From Mobula hypostoma (taxonomy: Eukaryota): DNA of 64,000 nucleotides. Position 1 is the stretch's first letter; every line of letters begins with the position of its first letter. Shown here one piece after another: positions 11,583 through 24,496 of this stretch. The position numbers were made by a program, and so were the translations under genes. The stretch covers positions 118,236,001 to 118,300,000 of the forward strand of contig NC_086097.1 in NCBI RefSeq assembly GCF_963921235.1, in the 5' to 3' direction. The notes under the pieces are model-generated. The model had not been told where the DNA came from, did not search any database, and was given only the letters and a program-made list of their open reading frames with translations.

Positions 11583-11889
11583 GGGCACGTGACCAAGTGG
11601 ATAAGGCGCTCGACTAGCGTCCTGAAGGTCGTGAGTTCGAGCCCCAGCCGAGGCAACGTGTTGTGTCCTTGAGCAAGGCACTTAATCACATAGTGCTCTG
11701 CGACGACTCTGGTGCCAAGCTATATCGGCCCTTGCCCTACCTTTGGACAACATTGGTGTCGTGGAGAGGGGAGACTTACAGCATGGGCAGTTGCCGGTCT
11801 TCCATACAACCTTGCCCAGGCCTGCGCCCTGGAGAATGAAGACTTTCCAGGCGCAGATCCATGGTCTCACAAGACTAACAGATACCTTA
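11583..11889 (+). mobile_element. tRNA-derived SINE (family A), full length
   Basis: A box TGACCAAGTGG (11590), B box GTTCGAGCC (11635), CORE-like TGTCCTTGAGCAAGGCACTTAA; three copies in the window. Confidence 0.9.
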
Positions 11890-11950
11890 ACATTATATTG
11901 TATAGTAATGTTTTATGTATTGCACTGTACTGCTGCTGCAAAACAACAAA

Positions 11951-12935
11951 CGCTCAGTAGACAACTTATTAGGTACACCTTTATACCTACTTGTTAATGA
12001 AGATATCTAATCAGCAATTATATGGCAGCAACTCAATGTGTGAAAGCATGCCGGTATGGTCTAAAGTTCGGTTGTTGTTCAGACTAAACATCAGAATGGG
12101 GAAGAAATGTGATCTAACTGACCTTGGTCATGGAATGATTACTGGTGCCAGACAGGGAGATCAGAAACTGCTGACCTTCAAGCACAGATTTTCAAGCACA
12201 GTAATCTCAGGAGTGTACAGAGAATGGTGTACATAGAACATAGAGCAGAGGAGATTTACAAGGATGTTGCCTGGATTGGGGAGCATGCATTATAAGAACA
12301 GGTTGAGTGAATTCAGCCTTTTCTCCTTGGAGTGATGGAGGATGAGGGGTGACCTGATAGAGGTGTACAAGATGATGAGAGGCATTGATCGCGTGGATAG
12401 TCAGAGGCTTTTTTCCCCAGGGCTGAAATGGCTAGCACAAGAGGGCACAGTTTTAAGGTTCTTGGAAGTAGGTATAGAGGAGATGTCAGGGGTAAGTTTT
12501 TTTATGCGGAGAGTGGTGAGTGCGTGGAATGGGCTACCGGCGACAATGGTGGAGGCAGATTCGATAGGGTCTTTTAAGAGACTCCTGGATAGGTACATGG
12601 AGCTTAGAAAAATAGAGGGCTATGGGTAACCCTAGGTAATTTCTAAGGTTAGGATATGTTTGGCATAGCTTTGCGTGCCGAAGGACCTGTATTGTGCTGT
12701 AAGTTTTCTATGTTTCTAGAGGTCAGAGGAGAAGGGACAGACTGATTCAAGTTGACAGGAAGGCGACAGTAACTCAAATAATGTGATACAGTAGTGGTGT
12801 CCAGAAGAGAGCATTTCTGAATGCACAACAGGTCAGAACTTGAAGTGGTTGGACTACAGCAGCAGAAGACCATGAACATATACTCAGTGGTTTCTTTATG
12901 AGGTGGAGTAGGTGCCTAATAAGGTGGCCACTGAC
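11951..12935 (+). mobile_element. Non-autonomous Tc1-like element interrupted by a CR1 fragment
   Basis: Colinear with 31102-31669; TIR remnants at both ends. Confidence 0.75.
12245..12717 (+). mobile_element. CR1 (family 3) 3' fragment
   Basis: MRGDLIEVYKMMRG...RVVSAWNGLP; TTTCTATGTTTCTA tail. Confidence 0.9.
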
Positions 12936-13358
12936 AGCACGTCAGTGAAATCTGATTCTGAAAGAATGAGGGGTTCTTTGAATTGCACTGTTACAGAGAA
13001 ATCCATGTAGTTAAAAGTTTCATTAGTAGTAAGTTCATTGCAGGTGAACCTTGAAAAAAAATGCACCGAAAATCAATGCTGAAAAATAGTGTTACATGAA
13101 GACAACATAAATTTGGTGAGCACTTAACATCAGAAATATTTCACCTGTGAAGAGGTAACTTATGCTGAGAAGATCCTGGTCTAATTTTTGGAGCTAACAT
13201 GAAATAACATGGAAATGTTTGTCATTAGATTCAGTCTGGGAAAAGTCAATCCTTAATTAGGCAATGGTGAAATTTACAATGTTTCATGCAATTAAATTTA
13301 CTAGCTTGGAAAATAAATAGCAAAGCCTCCCATACGTCAAGGTTTTTATTATTCCCTG

Positions 13359-13565
13359 TCAGGACTGGAATGGAAAAAGGAAGAAGCTAACTCTACCACC
13401 TTATTCTGGCTTCTTGCCCCTTCCTTTCCAGTCCTGATGAAAGGTCTCAGCTCCGAGCTTCAAATGTTTATTTCTCACCAGTGATGCTCTCTGTCCTGCT
13501 GAGTTCCTCCAGCATTTTATCTGTGCTACGCTGGATTTCCAGCATCTGCTGAATCTCTTGTGCTT
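13359..13565 (+). mobile_element. Penelope-like 3' fragment with a decayed hammerhead
   Basis: AGTCCTGATGAAAGGTCTC at 13430; CTGCTGAGTTCCTCCAGCA tail. Confidence 0.7.
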
Positions 13566-13914
13566 ATTATTCCTTGCTCATGTATGCAGTGCAATAAACA
13601 TATTTATAGGAATTACTAAGAGGCAAAATAAATTGTCAATAACTTATTATTTGTCCAAATAACTTAAAATCTGTTTATTCCACTGGTATTTTGCAATTAA
13701 TTGTTATCATTACATATTTCAGGTTATTAACTGTGTCATCTTGCAGGTTTTAATTTACCAATGCTCCTTAATTAATTCATGTAAAATAAGGTTTCCTACA
13801 AAACTGTAAACAATGTTGCACAAAAATAGCCTGTTTCATTTTGGAATGTAATTTGAACTACATTTTTACCACTACATCACTTCAGCTTCCTAAATATTCT
13901 TTAACTCTGAGTAC

Positions 13915-14378
13915 TGTCATAGTGCACGCCCACAGGACTGGACCCAAGTGTGGAGGGACAGCAGACTCTCTCTGTCATGGTGGTCACTGGCACCAACTCA
14001 ACCCAGGAACGGAGGAAAGGCAGCCTCTGTCACAGAATGCCCTGGCAATGACTTGACCTAGCAGCAAAAGAACTGCAGACTCCCCAGAAAGAGATGGAAA
14101 CAGTAAGTTAGACATAGGAATACCAACAGAACATTGGAGGGACAACTGGCCAACACCACAGAACAACTCATTCTCCACAAACACACAGTAGGACACCACT
14201 TACAGAGCATAAGGAGAGTCCCCTTTAAATAATCATGGAGTCTGGGAAACGTGCCAGTCGCAATTAACCGAAAACAGCTGGGCTTAACGGCTCTGACAAT
14301 CAGTAAATACAGGTGCTCGAGAAACCTCGAAGTCCAATGCTCGATGGCAAGCCTCAGAGGCCCGCAGTGCTCATGACA
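13915..14378 (-). mobile_element. Probable solo LTR related to the LTRs at 25185 and 27093
   Basis: TGTCAT...ATGACA termini; GGACCCAAGTG is the reverse complement of the CACTTGGGTCC 3' motif; TSD not matched. Confidence 0.6.
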
Positions 14379-14429
14379 GTTTACCTTGGTTACCAGGCCT
14401 TGACCAAGGTGACATGTTAACACGGATTT

Positions 14430-14750
14430 AAGATTAGTTTTATTTGTCATATGTACATTGAAACATATAGTGAAATGAGTTGTTTGCATCAAATCAAATT
14501 CGCAAGGATTGAGCTAGAGAAGCCTGGAAGTATCACCACGTTTCCAACACTAACATAGCATACCCACAACTTACCAACCCTAACCTGTACATCTTTGGAA
14601 TGTGGGAGGAAACCAGAGCACATGAAGGAAACCCACACAGTCATGTAGAGGACATACAAATTCCCTATAGGCAGTGGTGGGAATTGAACCTCTTTCTTAC
14701 AGTTGGTAACTTAAAGTGTCATGCTAACCACAATACTACTGTGCCTCCCC
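14430..14750 (-). mobile_element. HE1/V-SINE-like element
   Basis: TGTGGGAGGAAACCAGAGCAC...GGAAACCCAC; GGAATTGAACC is a reverse B box. Confidence 0.75.
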
Positions 14751-14764
14751 ATACGTAGCTCCAC

Positions 14765-15060
14765 AGCATGGCTTAGTGAGCAGAGTTGCTGTCTCACTGC
14801 CCTATCAGATTGCGTTTGATCACAGTCTTAGGTGCTGTCCATGTGGAGTTTATATGTTCTCGCTGTGACCATGTTGGCTTCCTCTTGGTATGCAGATCAG
14901 TAGGACATTTGGCTATTGCACAAGGACCGCGTGTGTAGGTGTGTAATAGAACTTGTGGTAGGTTAATGGAATTTGATAAGAATAATTCCCGGAGGAATAG
15001 AATTCCTCCGGGAGCCAGCATAGACATGAATGGCTGAAATGACCCACTTCTGAGCTGTCA
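14765..15060 (+). mobile_element. HE1/V-SINE-like element, divergently oriented to the previous copy
   Basis: A-box-like TGGCTTAGTG; GTGGAGTTT..ATGTTCTC..TGTGACC motif. Confidence 0.65.
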
Positions 15061-15249
15061 GGAAATATATGAATATTCAAACATGAAATAACCAGGCTCC
15101 TTTCTTCTAAGCATCCGTAAGTGAATGCTAAGGAGAGAAATGAACCCATATCTTCTTCTTTGTGTGGATTTTTTGTTATCTGAATGGACGATGAAACAAC
15201 CCATGAACACAACCTCACTATTTTTGCTCTCCTTTTACACTATTTTTTT

Positions 15250-16200
15250 TAATATGTTCGTGATTCTGCTGCTGAGCCCATCTACTTCAAGACTCAATGT
15301 GTTGTACATTCAGAGGTGCTCTCCTGCACACTACTGTTGTAATGTGTGATTGTTTGGGTTACTGTCACCTTCTTGGCAGCTAGAATCAGAATCAGAATAA
15401 GAAACGGGGTTAATGTCACTGTCACCATCATCATGTGCCATGTCATATGACATGGACGATCATAGTCTTACATCTGTCTTTACTCTGAGAAGTTCTAATA
15501 AGCTCTTTATATTTTTGCCTGTCCATCAAACTCCTAACGAAATATAGTCACTGTTGTAATTGCATTAATATATTAGGCCCAGATAGATCTTTGGAGATTT
15601 TGACTCCCCAACTTGAAACTGCTCACCCTTTCTACTGTTGATCCCTCTTTGAGGACTGGTGTGTGCTCTCTCAACTTCAGTCAATCAGTTCATTGGTCTT
15701 ACTGATGTTGAGGGCAAGGTTGTTGGTGGACACCACTCAACCAGCTGCACTATACCACTCCTGTACACCAACTGAAATTCTGCCAACAATAGTAGAGTCA
15801 TCGGCAAAATTACAGATGGCATTTCAGCTTGAACCAGTCTGGCCATTCTCCTCTGACCTCTCTCATTAACAAAACATTTTTACGCACTGCTGCTCACTGG
15901 ATTTTCTTTGGGGTGAGGTTTTCACACCATTCTCTGGACACTGTTGTGTGTGAAAATCCCAGGAGATCAGCAGTCTTTGAGATACTCAAACTACTACATC
16001 TGGCACCAACAATTGTTCCACAGTTAAAGTCACTCAGATTCCATTTATTCTCCATGCTAATGTTTGGTCTGAACAACTGAACTTCTTGATCATGTCTGCA
16101 TGCTTTTATGTATTGAGTTGCTGCCACATGATTGCTTGATTAGGTATTTGCATTAAAGAGCAGATATACAGATATACCTGATAAAGAGCCCACTGAGTGT
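15250..16200 (-). mobile_element. Non-autonomous Tc1-like element interrupted by Rex1-like fragments (about 15383-15825)
   Basis: Reverse complement of the 31102-31669 family; ends CCACTGAGTG-TA. Confidence 0.7.
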
Positions 16201-17199
16201 AGATTTCTTATTGTAATTTATAGTTTCATTTAATGTATTGCACTCTACTGCTGCCACAAAACAACATATTTAATAACATATATCAAGGATATTAAACCTG
16301 ATTCTGATTCTTCATAAAATCAAAACTTCTCTATGGTTACACAGCTATGGAGTCTGACCATGGGATTTTAAGGTAATCAATATGCCAGAAGATGATAAAT
16401 GCATAATTGAATCACATCTAATTAGGGTACCCAAGCTGTTGAATGTACCTTCAATCACATGGTGCTAACAGATTGCATTTATAAGATGATAATAAGATGA
16501 GTCGTCATATGATAAACATAAACATTCATCTTAAACTGAATTCTATGGAGGTCAATGAGGAGGTGTATGAGTGGGGAGACAGAAGGGGATAAATATATCA
16601 GAGATTATCAGGTTGTAAATGTTTGAAGTCTCAATGTGTGAGGATCATACTTTTGGAATTAATTTGGGACAATCAATAGGAAGTAAAGGTGCAAAGAATC
16701 CAACAGTGTCCATTTTCCTTCTGCAGCGTCACTGGGTGGGCTGTAAATTTGACTCTTGACCCTCATCTAGACAACCTAGATGGACAATCATGTGAATAGG
16801 CTCATCCATTTGAAGCAGTGAAGTTTCTCCTCTGCAGCTTTGAGGGATAGAATCAGAATCAGAATTAGTTTTAATACCTCCAACATAGAGTATGTTGTAA
16901 AAGTCATTGTTTCGTGGCAGCAGTACAGTGCAATAAATAATAAATATTATCAATTACTATGTATGTATATTATATATATATATATATATAATGTAATATG
17001 TATATGAGGGAAGCCATCATGGCTGTGTGTCAGTGGGGAATGGGGTGGCCTCACTTACTGGAGTTGGCTTTGCTTTCAGTGGTGCTGTGCAGACTGTAGG
17101 GGGTTCCAGGCCTACATTACAGTGCTTACGAGGGTAATTCTTCCTGGCCGAGTAGTAGGGCAGATAAAATCTGAAGCAGGCACTGGGGCCCACATGGAC

Positions 17200-17400
17200 A
17201 TTCGCACCAGTGTCTGTAATGAGTTTGTGCATTCTCCCTGTGACCCTGTGGGTTTCTTCCGGATGCTGCAGTTTCCACCCAAATTCCAAGGACATAGAGG
17301 TTAGTGTGTTAATTCGTCACATGGGTGGAATACGGTGGAGTGGGCTCGTTAATCTGGAAGGTTTCTGTATCTCCAAATAATAAATAAATAAAATAAAATA
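17200..17400 (+). mobile_element. HE1/V-SINE-like fragment
   Basis: GAGTTTGTGCATTCTCCCTGTGACC...GGGTTTCTTCCGGATGCTGCAGTTTCC; (AAATA)n tail. Confidence 0.7.
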
Positions 17401-17464
17401 CTGAGAAGAACTAATACCTATTCTTGGTGGCTGCTTGATGGCAAAACAAGTCGTCATCCTTCCC

Positions 17465-17975
17465 AAACAAAAGAAAATCTGCAGATGCTGGAAATCCAAG
17501 CAACACACACACAAAGTGCTTGAGGAACTCAGCAGGCCACACAGCATCTATGGAAAAGAGTAAACAGCACACATTTTGGGCAGAGACCCTTCATCAGGAC
17601 TGAAGAAAAGAAGAGGGGAAGTCAGAATTAGAAGGTGGTGGAGGGGAGGAAGAAATACAAGGTAGAAGGTGATAGGTGAAGGAGGGAGGGGGAGGCGTGA
17701 AGTATGGAGGTGGGAAGTTGATTGGTGAGAGAGATAAAGCACTGGAGAGGTTGGAGAAACTGGAGGTATCCTCTTCTCCAGCCCTCCCCCTACCTTCTTA
17801 CTCTGACCTCACCTTTTTTCTCCAATCCTGTTGAAGGATCTTCCTTCCTTCCCCCCACCATCTTACTCTGACTTCTCATTTTTTTTAATCCAGTCCTGAT
17901 GAAGGGTCCTGGCCCAAAACTCTTCAATAGATGCTGCCTGGCCTGCTGAGTTCCACCAGCAATCTGTGTGTGTTT
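17465..17975. mobile_element. Two Penelope-like 3' fragments in inverted orientation, each with a decayed hammerhead
   Basis: 17465-17755(-) with CCCTTCATCAGGACT; 17765-17975(+) with AGTCCTGATGAAGGG. Confidence 0.75.
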
Positions 17976-18349
17976 TCCAGTCTTTCCCTATCCTCAGTTT
18001 TTTTAGACAAGATTGTGCATATGGGTTGATTGCTGAATATTTTGTACATGTAATATTATGTTAATAAGGTCCAAAGTTATCATTCGTTCCTACATGCAAA
18101 ATCTGCCATTGTATGACAGTGATAAATTTTCTGCTGCAGCTACTGAAGGACACAATGGGAATCATTGCTTTGACTGTAAATTACTAAGGTTCTCAATGCA
18201 TGAAGGCAGACCTGTAATGTTAAAATCATAAGCATGGTCACTTTTTAACCATTTAATAGATTGCTTTTCTCATAAGATAGTTGGAATAGCTCTGTGATTT
18301 ATTTTTCATAAAGAGAGCTTCTAAATACAGAAACAGCTTCTGTAATTCA

Positions 18350-18995
18350 AAATGCAAAGTTCAAAGTAAATTTATTGTCAAAGTACATATATATCATCAT
18401 ATTCAACCCTGCGATTCATTTCCTTGCAGGCATTAAATACAAGAAATGCAACGGAGTTAATGAAAGACCACCCCCAGCAGGATGGACAAACAATCAATTT
18501 GCAAAATACAAAAAGAAAAAAATAAATAACAATAATAATAATAATAATAATAAGCAATAAATATTGAGAACATGAGATGAAGAGACATTGAAAGTGTGTC
18601 CAGGATGTAAGGGGAGCAGGGAAAGATAGCACCAGAGGTTTTTGTAGACCCAGGAGACTTCTTCCAGATCATCCATGAAACAGTTTATTCTTCCTTTCTT
18701 ATGTCTTTCTTGTCGTTTCAAGGCTGCTGGGTTTCTGTCAGAATCTATGATCCACAGCTACATTTCAAATTACGGTTCTCCACAGATGATGGGTTTTCGC
18801 ACTGGCTGTGCGGCCTCTTGTTTCGATATCTCCAGATGCAGCCTGGAAGGTGTGCACTTTCGAGGAGCAGCCCTGTAGACAACCCAGTTCCTCACCGATT
18901 TCGACGACTGAAGTACTGTGCGTGGGACCTTTAAACGTCCGGACAGCAGGTGGAACACGCAGCTGTCGGAAGAAAGTCCCTGTACTCAAATGATT

Positions 18996-19040
<45 letters not shown>

Positions 19041-19550
19041 CTTTCTCTTGATGAAGGGTGAGAGCCTGCCAGATTGCAACATTGGAACAGCGAACCGCTG
19101 GTCTCTTGCTCTCGTCATTGCAAGAGCGATCTCTCTCTCCCTTGCTGATGAGAGAGAGCCTGACTGAGATAGAAAAGTGCTGGGTTATGGACTGTAGTTT
19201 TTGATGGACTCCAGATTCAGGTTTTTTTGATGCTGCTTTCCTGCGACAGTGCTCGGTTTAGATATGCTTAATCATGGGGAGGGCATTACCCGTGATGAAC
19301 TAGGTTGTATCCATTACTTTATGTAGGCCTTTCTGTTCAAGAGCATTTGTGTTTCCATACCAGGCTGTGATACAATTAGTCAGTACACTCTCCAACACAC
19401 ATCTATAGCGGTTTGTCAAAGTTTTAGGTGACATGCCTAATCTTCACAAACTTCTAAGTAGAGGTGCTGCCATACAAATCCTCGGAAATGATAATTGAGG
19501 AATTGAAGGTGACTGACCCTCTCCACCTCTATCTCCAAATGATCCAATTT
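18350..19550 (-). mobile_element. Rex1/Babar-derived relic interrupted by an unclassified repeat (about 18600-19230, with (TC)n)
   Basis: TTCAAAGTAAATTTATT tail shared with 35130, 51225 and 59660; Rex1-like RT remnant at 19270-19540. Confidence 0.6.
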
Positions 19551-19681
19551 TTTCACTTCAATTCCTAATCTAATGACTGGGATGCAGATTAAAGTTGTTC
19601 TTTTAAGGAGTATGGCGTAGTCTTCATCCCTTACAAAGACTTAGAAAATCCCTATTGTCAGGTTTGTTTTTTTGCGCTGGA

Positions 19682-19945
19682 TAGTCATAGTCATAGTCAT
19701 AGTCATACTTTATTGATCCCGGGGAAAATTGGTTTTCGTTACAGTTGCACCATAAATAATAAATAGTAATAGAACCATAAATGGTTAAATAGTAATATGT
19801 AAATTATGAAATAAGTCCAGGACCAGCCTATTGGCTCAGAGTGTCTGACCCTCCAAGAGAGGAGTTGTAAAATTTGATGGCCATATGCAGGAATGACTTC
19901 CTATGACGCTTTGTGTTGCATCTCGGTGGAATGAGTCTCTGGGTG
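19682..19945 (-). mobile_element. Rex1/Babar-like LINE 3' end
   Basis: (TAGTCA)n tail; C-terminal RLIPPRCNTKRHRKSFL..AIKFYN. Confidence 0.7.
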
Positions 19946-20220
19946 GATACAGCTGTGAATTGTGACCTTCCTGAATCACTCCTGCCTAAGTTATGGTTGA
20001 AAGTTGTCACATTAAATGAAAATTTTCATTAAAATTGATAAGTTTGTGTAATGTTATGAGACTTTATTATTGTTACAAATTGGTATCATCATTGAGATTT
20101 ATATAAATTCCCTATCTGGAAACTAACAGAACAAAATCATTATATTAGTTACATCAGTACACTCAACATTACAAAGTCAATATTTTAAATGAGTGTGTTT
20201 TCTCATTTTATTGTTCTTTT

Positions 20221-23200
20221 AGAACCATAGAACCATAGAACCATAGAAACTACAGCACAGAAACAGGCCCTTTGGCCCTTCTTGGCTGTGCCGAACTATT
20301 TTCTGTCTAATCCCACTGACCTGCACAACGACCATATCCCTCCATACACCTCCCATCCATGTATCTGTCCAATTTATTCTTAAATGCTAAAAAAGAACCC
20401 GCATTTACCACCTCATCTGGCAGCTCATTCCATACTCCCACCACTCTCTGTGTGAAGAAGCCCCCCCTAATGTTCCCTTTAAACTTTCCCCCCCTCACTC
20501 TTAATCCATGTCCTCTGGTTTTTTTCTCCCCTTGCCTCAGTGGAAAAAGCTTGCTTGCATTCACTCTATCTATACCCATCATAATTTTATATACCTCTAT
20601 CAAATCTCCCCTCATTCTTCTACGCTCCAGGGAATAAAGTCCTAACCTATTCAACCTTTCTCTGTAACTGAGTTTCTCAAGACCCGGCAACATCCTTGTA
20701 AACCCTTTCTGCGCTCTTTCAACCTTATTTATATCCTTCCTGTAATTTGGTGACCAAAACTGAACACAATACTCCAGATTCGGCCTCACCAATGCCTTAT
20801 ACAACCTCATCATAACATTCCAGCTCTTATACTCAATACTTTGATTGATAAAGGCCAATGTACAAAAAGCTCTCTTTACAACCCTATCTACCTGTGATGC
20901 TACTTTTAGGGAATTTTGTATCAGTATTTCCAGATCCCTCTGTTCCACTGCACTCCTCAGTGCCTTACCATTAACCCTGTATGTTCTACATTGGTTTGTC
21001 CTTCCAACGTGCAATACCTCACACTTGTCAGTATTAAACTCCATCTGCTATTTTTCAGCCCATTTTTCCAGCTGGTCCAAGTCCCTCTGCAGGCTCTGAA
21101 AACCTTCCTCACTGTCTACTACACTTCCAATCTTTGTATCATCAGCAAACTTGCTGATCCAATTTACCACATATCATCCAGATCATGGATATAGATGACA
21201 AATAACAATGGACCCAGCACTGATCCCTGTGGCACACCACTAGTCACAGGCCTCCACTCAGAGAAGCAATTCTCTACCACCACTCTCTGGCTTCTTCCAT
21301 CGAGCCAATGTCTAATCCAATTTACCACCTCTCCGTGTATACCTAGCGACTGAATTTTCCTAACTAACCTCCCATGCGGGACCTTGTCAAAGGCCTTACT
21401 GAAGTCCATGTAGACAATATCCACTGCCTTCCCTTCATCCACTTTCCTGGTAACCTCCTCGAAAAACTCCAACAGATTGGTCAAACATGACCTACCATGC
21501 ACTAAGCCATGTTGACTCTCCCTAATAAGCCCCTGTCTATCCAAATGCTTGTAGATTCTGTCTCTTAGTACTCCCTCCAATAACTTACCTACTACGGACG
21601 TTAAACTCACCGGCCTATAATTTCCCGGATTACTTTTTGATCCTTTTTTAAACAACGGAACAACATGAGCCACTCTCCAATCCTCCGGCACTTCATCCGT
21701 AGACAGCGACATTTTAAATATTTCTTCCAGGGCCCCCGCAATTTCAACACTAGTCTCCTTTAAGGTACGAGGGAACACTCTGTCAGGTCCGGGGATTTAT
21801 CCACTTTAATTTTCCTCAAGACAGCAAGCACCTCCTCCTTTTCAATCTGTACAGTTTCCATGGTCTCACTACTTGATTCCCTCAATTCCATAGATTTCAT
21901 GCCAGCTTCCTTAGTAAATACAGAAGCAAAAAATCCATTTAAGATCTCCCACATTTCCTTTGGTTCCGCACAAAGCCGACCACTCTGATCTTCAAGAAGA
22001 CCAATTTTATCGCTTACAATCCTTTTGCTTTCAATATACTTGTAAAAACTCTTTGGATTATCCTTCACTTTGACTGCCAAGGCAACCTCATGTCTTCTTT
22101 TAGCCCTCCCGATTTCTTTCTTAAGTATTTTCTTGCACTTCTTATACTCCTCAAGCACCTGATTTACCCCCTGTTTCCTATACATTTCATACAACTCCCT
22201 CTTCTTCTTTATCAGAGTTGCAATATCACTTGAGAACCAAGGTTCCTTATTCCTATTCAATTTGCCTTTAATCCTGACAGGAACATACAAACTCTGCACT
22301 CTCAAAATTTCCCCTTTGAAGGCTTCCTACCTACCAATCACATCTTTGCCAGAGAACAACCTGTCCCAACCCACGCTTTTTAGATCCTTTCTCATTTCTT
22401 CAAATTTGGCCTTCTTCCAGTTCAGAACCTCGACCCTAGGACCAGATCTATCTTTGTCCATGATCAAATTGAAACTAATGGTGTTATGATCACTGGAACC
22501 AAATTGCTCCCCTACACAGACTTCTGTCACTTGCCCTAATTCGTTACCTAACAGGAGATCCAATATTGCATCCCCTCTAGTTGGTCCCTCTATATATTGA
22601 TTTAGAAAACTTTCTTGAACACATTTTACAAACTCTAAACCATCTAGACCCCTAACAGTATGGGAGTCCCAATCAATGTATGGAAAATTAAAATCCCCTA
22701 CCACCACAACTTTATGTTTCCTGCAGTTGCCTGCTATCTCTCTGCAGATTTGCTCTTCCAAGTCTCGTTGACAATTGGGTGGTCTGTAATACAATCCCAC
22801 TAATGTGGCCATACCTTTCCTGTTTCTCAGCTCCACCCATAAGGACTCAGTAGACAAGCCCTCTAATCTGTCCTGCCTGAGCACTGCTGTAATATTTTCC
22901 CTGACAAGCAATGCTACTCCCCCACCTTTCATTCCTCTGCCTCGATCATATCTGAAACATCGGAACCCTGGAATATTAAGCTGGCAGTCCTGCCCCTCCT
23001 GTAGCCAAGTTTCATTAATTGCTACAACATCATAATTCCACGTGTCTATCCACGCCCTCAAATCATCCGCCTTCCCCGCAATACTCCTAGCATTGAAATA
23101 TATACACCTCAGAAGATTTTTACCACCACTCACAACCTTTCTATCAGCGGATTTGCTTAAACTTTCAACACCATTTATTTTCACCCCAGCCACACTGTCA

Positions 23201-23797
23201 GTTCTGACACTCTGGTTCCCATCCCCCTGCAAATCTAGTTTAAAGCCTCCCCAATAGCACTAACAAATCTCCCTGAAAGGATATTTGTCCCCCTGTGGTT
23301 CAAGTGTAACCCGTCTCTCTTGTACAGGTCCCACCTGCCCCAGAAGAGGTCCCAATGATCCTGAAATCTGAAACTCTGCCCCCTATACCAGTTCCTCAGC
23401 CACTTGCTCCTCCTCCAGAGCATCCTATTGCTACCCTCACTGGCACCTAGCACAGGTAGCAATCCTGAGATTACCACCCTGGAGGTCCTGCTTTTCAACT
23501 TCCTACCAAGCTCTCTATACTCACTGTCCAGGACCTCTTCACTCTTCCTTGCTATGTCATTGGTACCGATGTGCACCACGACATCTGGCTGGTCACCCTC
23601 CCACTTCAGAATGTCATGCAATCGATCAGAGACATCCTTGACCCTGGCACCCGGGAGGCAACAAATCATCCTGGATTCTCTGTCACGACCACAGAACCTT
23701 CTATCTGCACCTCTAACTATCGAGTCCCCTATCTCTACCGCTCTCCTCTTTCCCCCCTCCCTTCTGCACTGCAGAGCCAGACTCAGTGCCAGAGATC
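20221..23797 (-). mobile_element. CR1-clade LINE (family 2) copy 1: partial SGNH-esterase ORF1 plus disrupted ORF2
   Basis: ORF1 CLPGA..VVVHIGTND..DGLHLN (23235-23669); ORF2 EN (YFNARSI, ETWL, GDFN, SDHN) and RT split by a TAG at 22327 and frameshifts near 21790 and 21172; (TGGTTCTA)n tail. Confidence 0.95.
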
Positions 23798-24149
23798 CAA
23801 TTAGGATACAATTACTGACTTCAATTTTAAACGTGAAAAGATTGTGATGCTAATACTAGCCTGTTGAGAAAATATTTAACATCTTCTTTTTTTCGAAACA
23901 ATATGTGTGTGCCTGCCTGGCTATAATATTGCATTAACACTGCTTACTCCAGGAACCTCAGGTAACTGGAGAGAATTATTCAGTTCTTCATAGACGCAAG
24001 TAATCTAATGCAAAAATTCCTGTTCCTGTTGAACAGAAGATAATACACGAATGATAAATTGGAATTCATAACCACCAACTATACAAGAATTAACATAAAC
24101 AATCAAAGTTGGAATTGAAACTAAAATTCTGCTGAAATTCTGGTAATTC

Positions 24150-24370
24150 TGGAAATCCAAGGGATTCACCATCTCACAAAGGGCAGTAAATATCTGGAAT
24201 TCCATACCCTGAAGATCTGTGAAGGTAACATTTTTGCAGGAATTTAAAGACGTGGTGGTAAATGCAGTTTTGAATGATCAGGGAAGTGAAAAAAAGAGGA
24301 GTTGAGACCAAGGGCAGATAAGCCAAAGTCCCACTGATTGAGCTGTTAAATGGCCTACTCCTGTTTAATG
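24150..24370 (+). mobile_element. Old CR1 3' fragment
   Basis: TCACAAAGGGCAGTAAATATCTGGAATTC...AATGGCCTACTCCTG. Confidence 0.6.
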
Positions 24371-24496
24371 TCCATGCAATCTTGGGTTTAATGCTTGGTT
24401 GACTCTTTTACTTTTATAATCATAGAGTGTCACATTATTGCAGAGAAGGTTAAAGGAGAGCCCACCACACATGCAAAATGAAACCCGAACCAGTGA

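Noticed and set aside
11583..11655. tRNA gene
   Set aside because: A and B boxes are present, but the acceptor stem is not complete and the sequence continues into a SINE body found three times in the window
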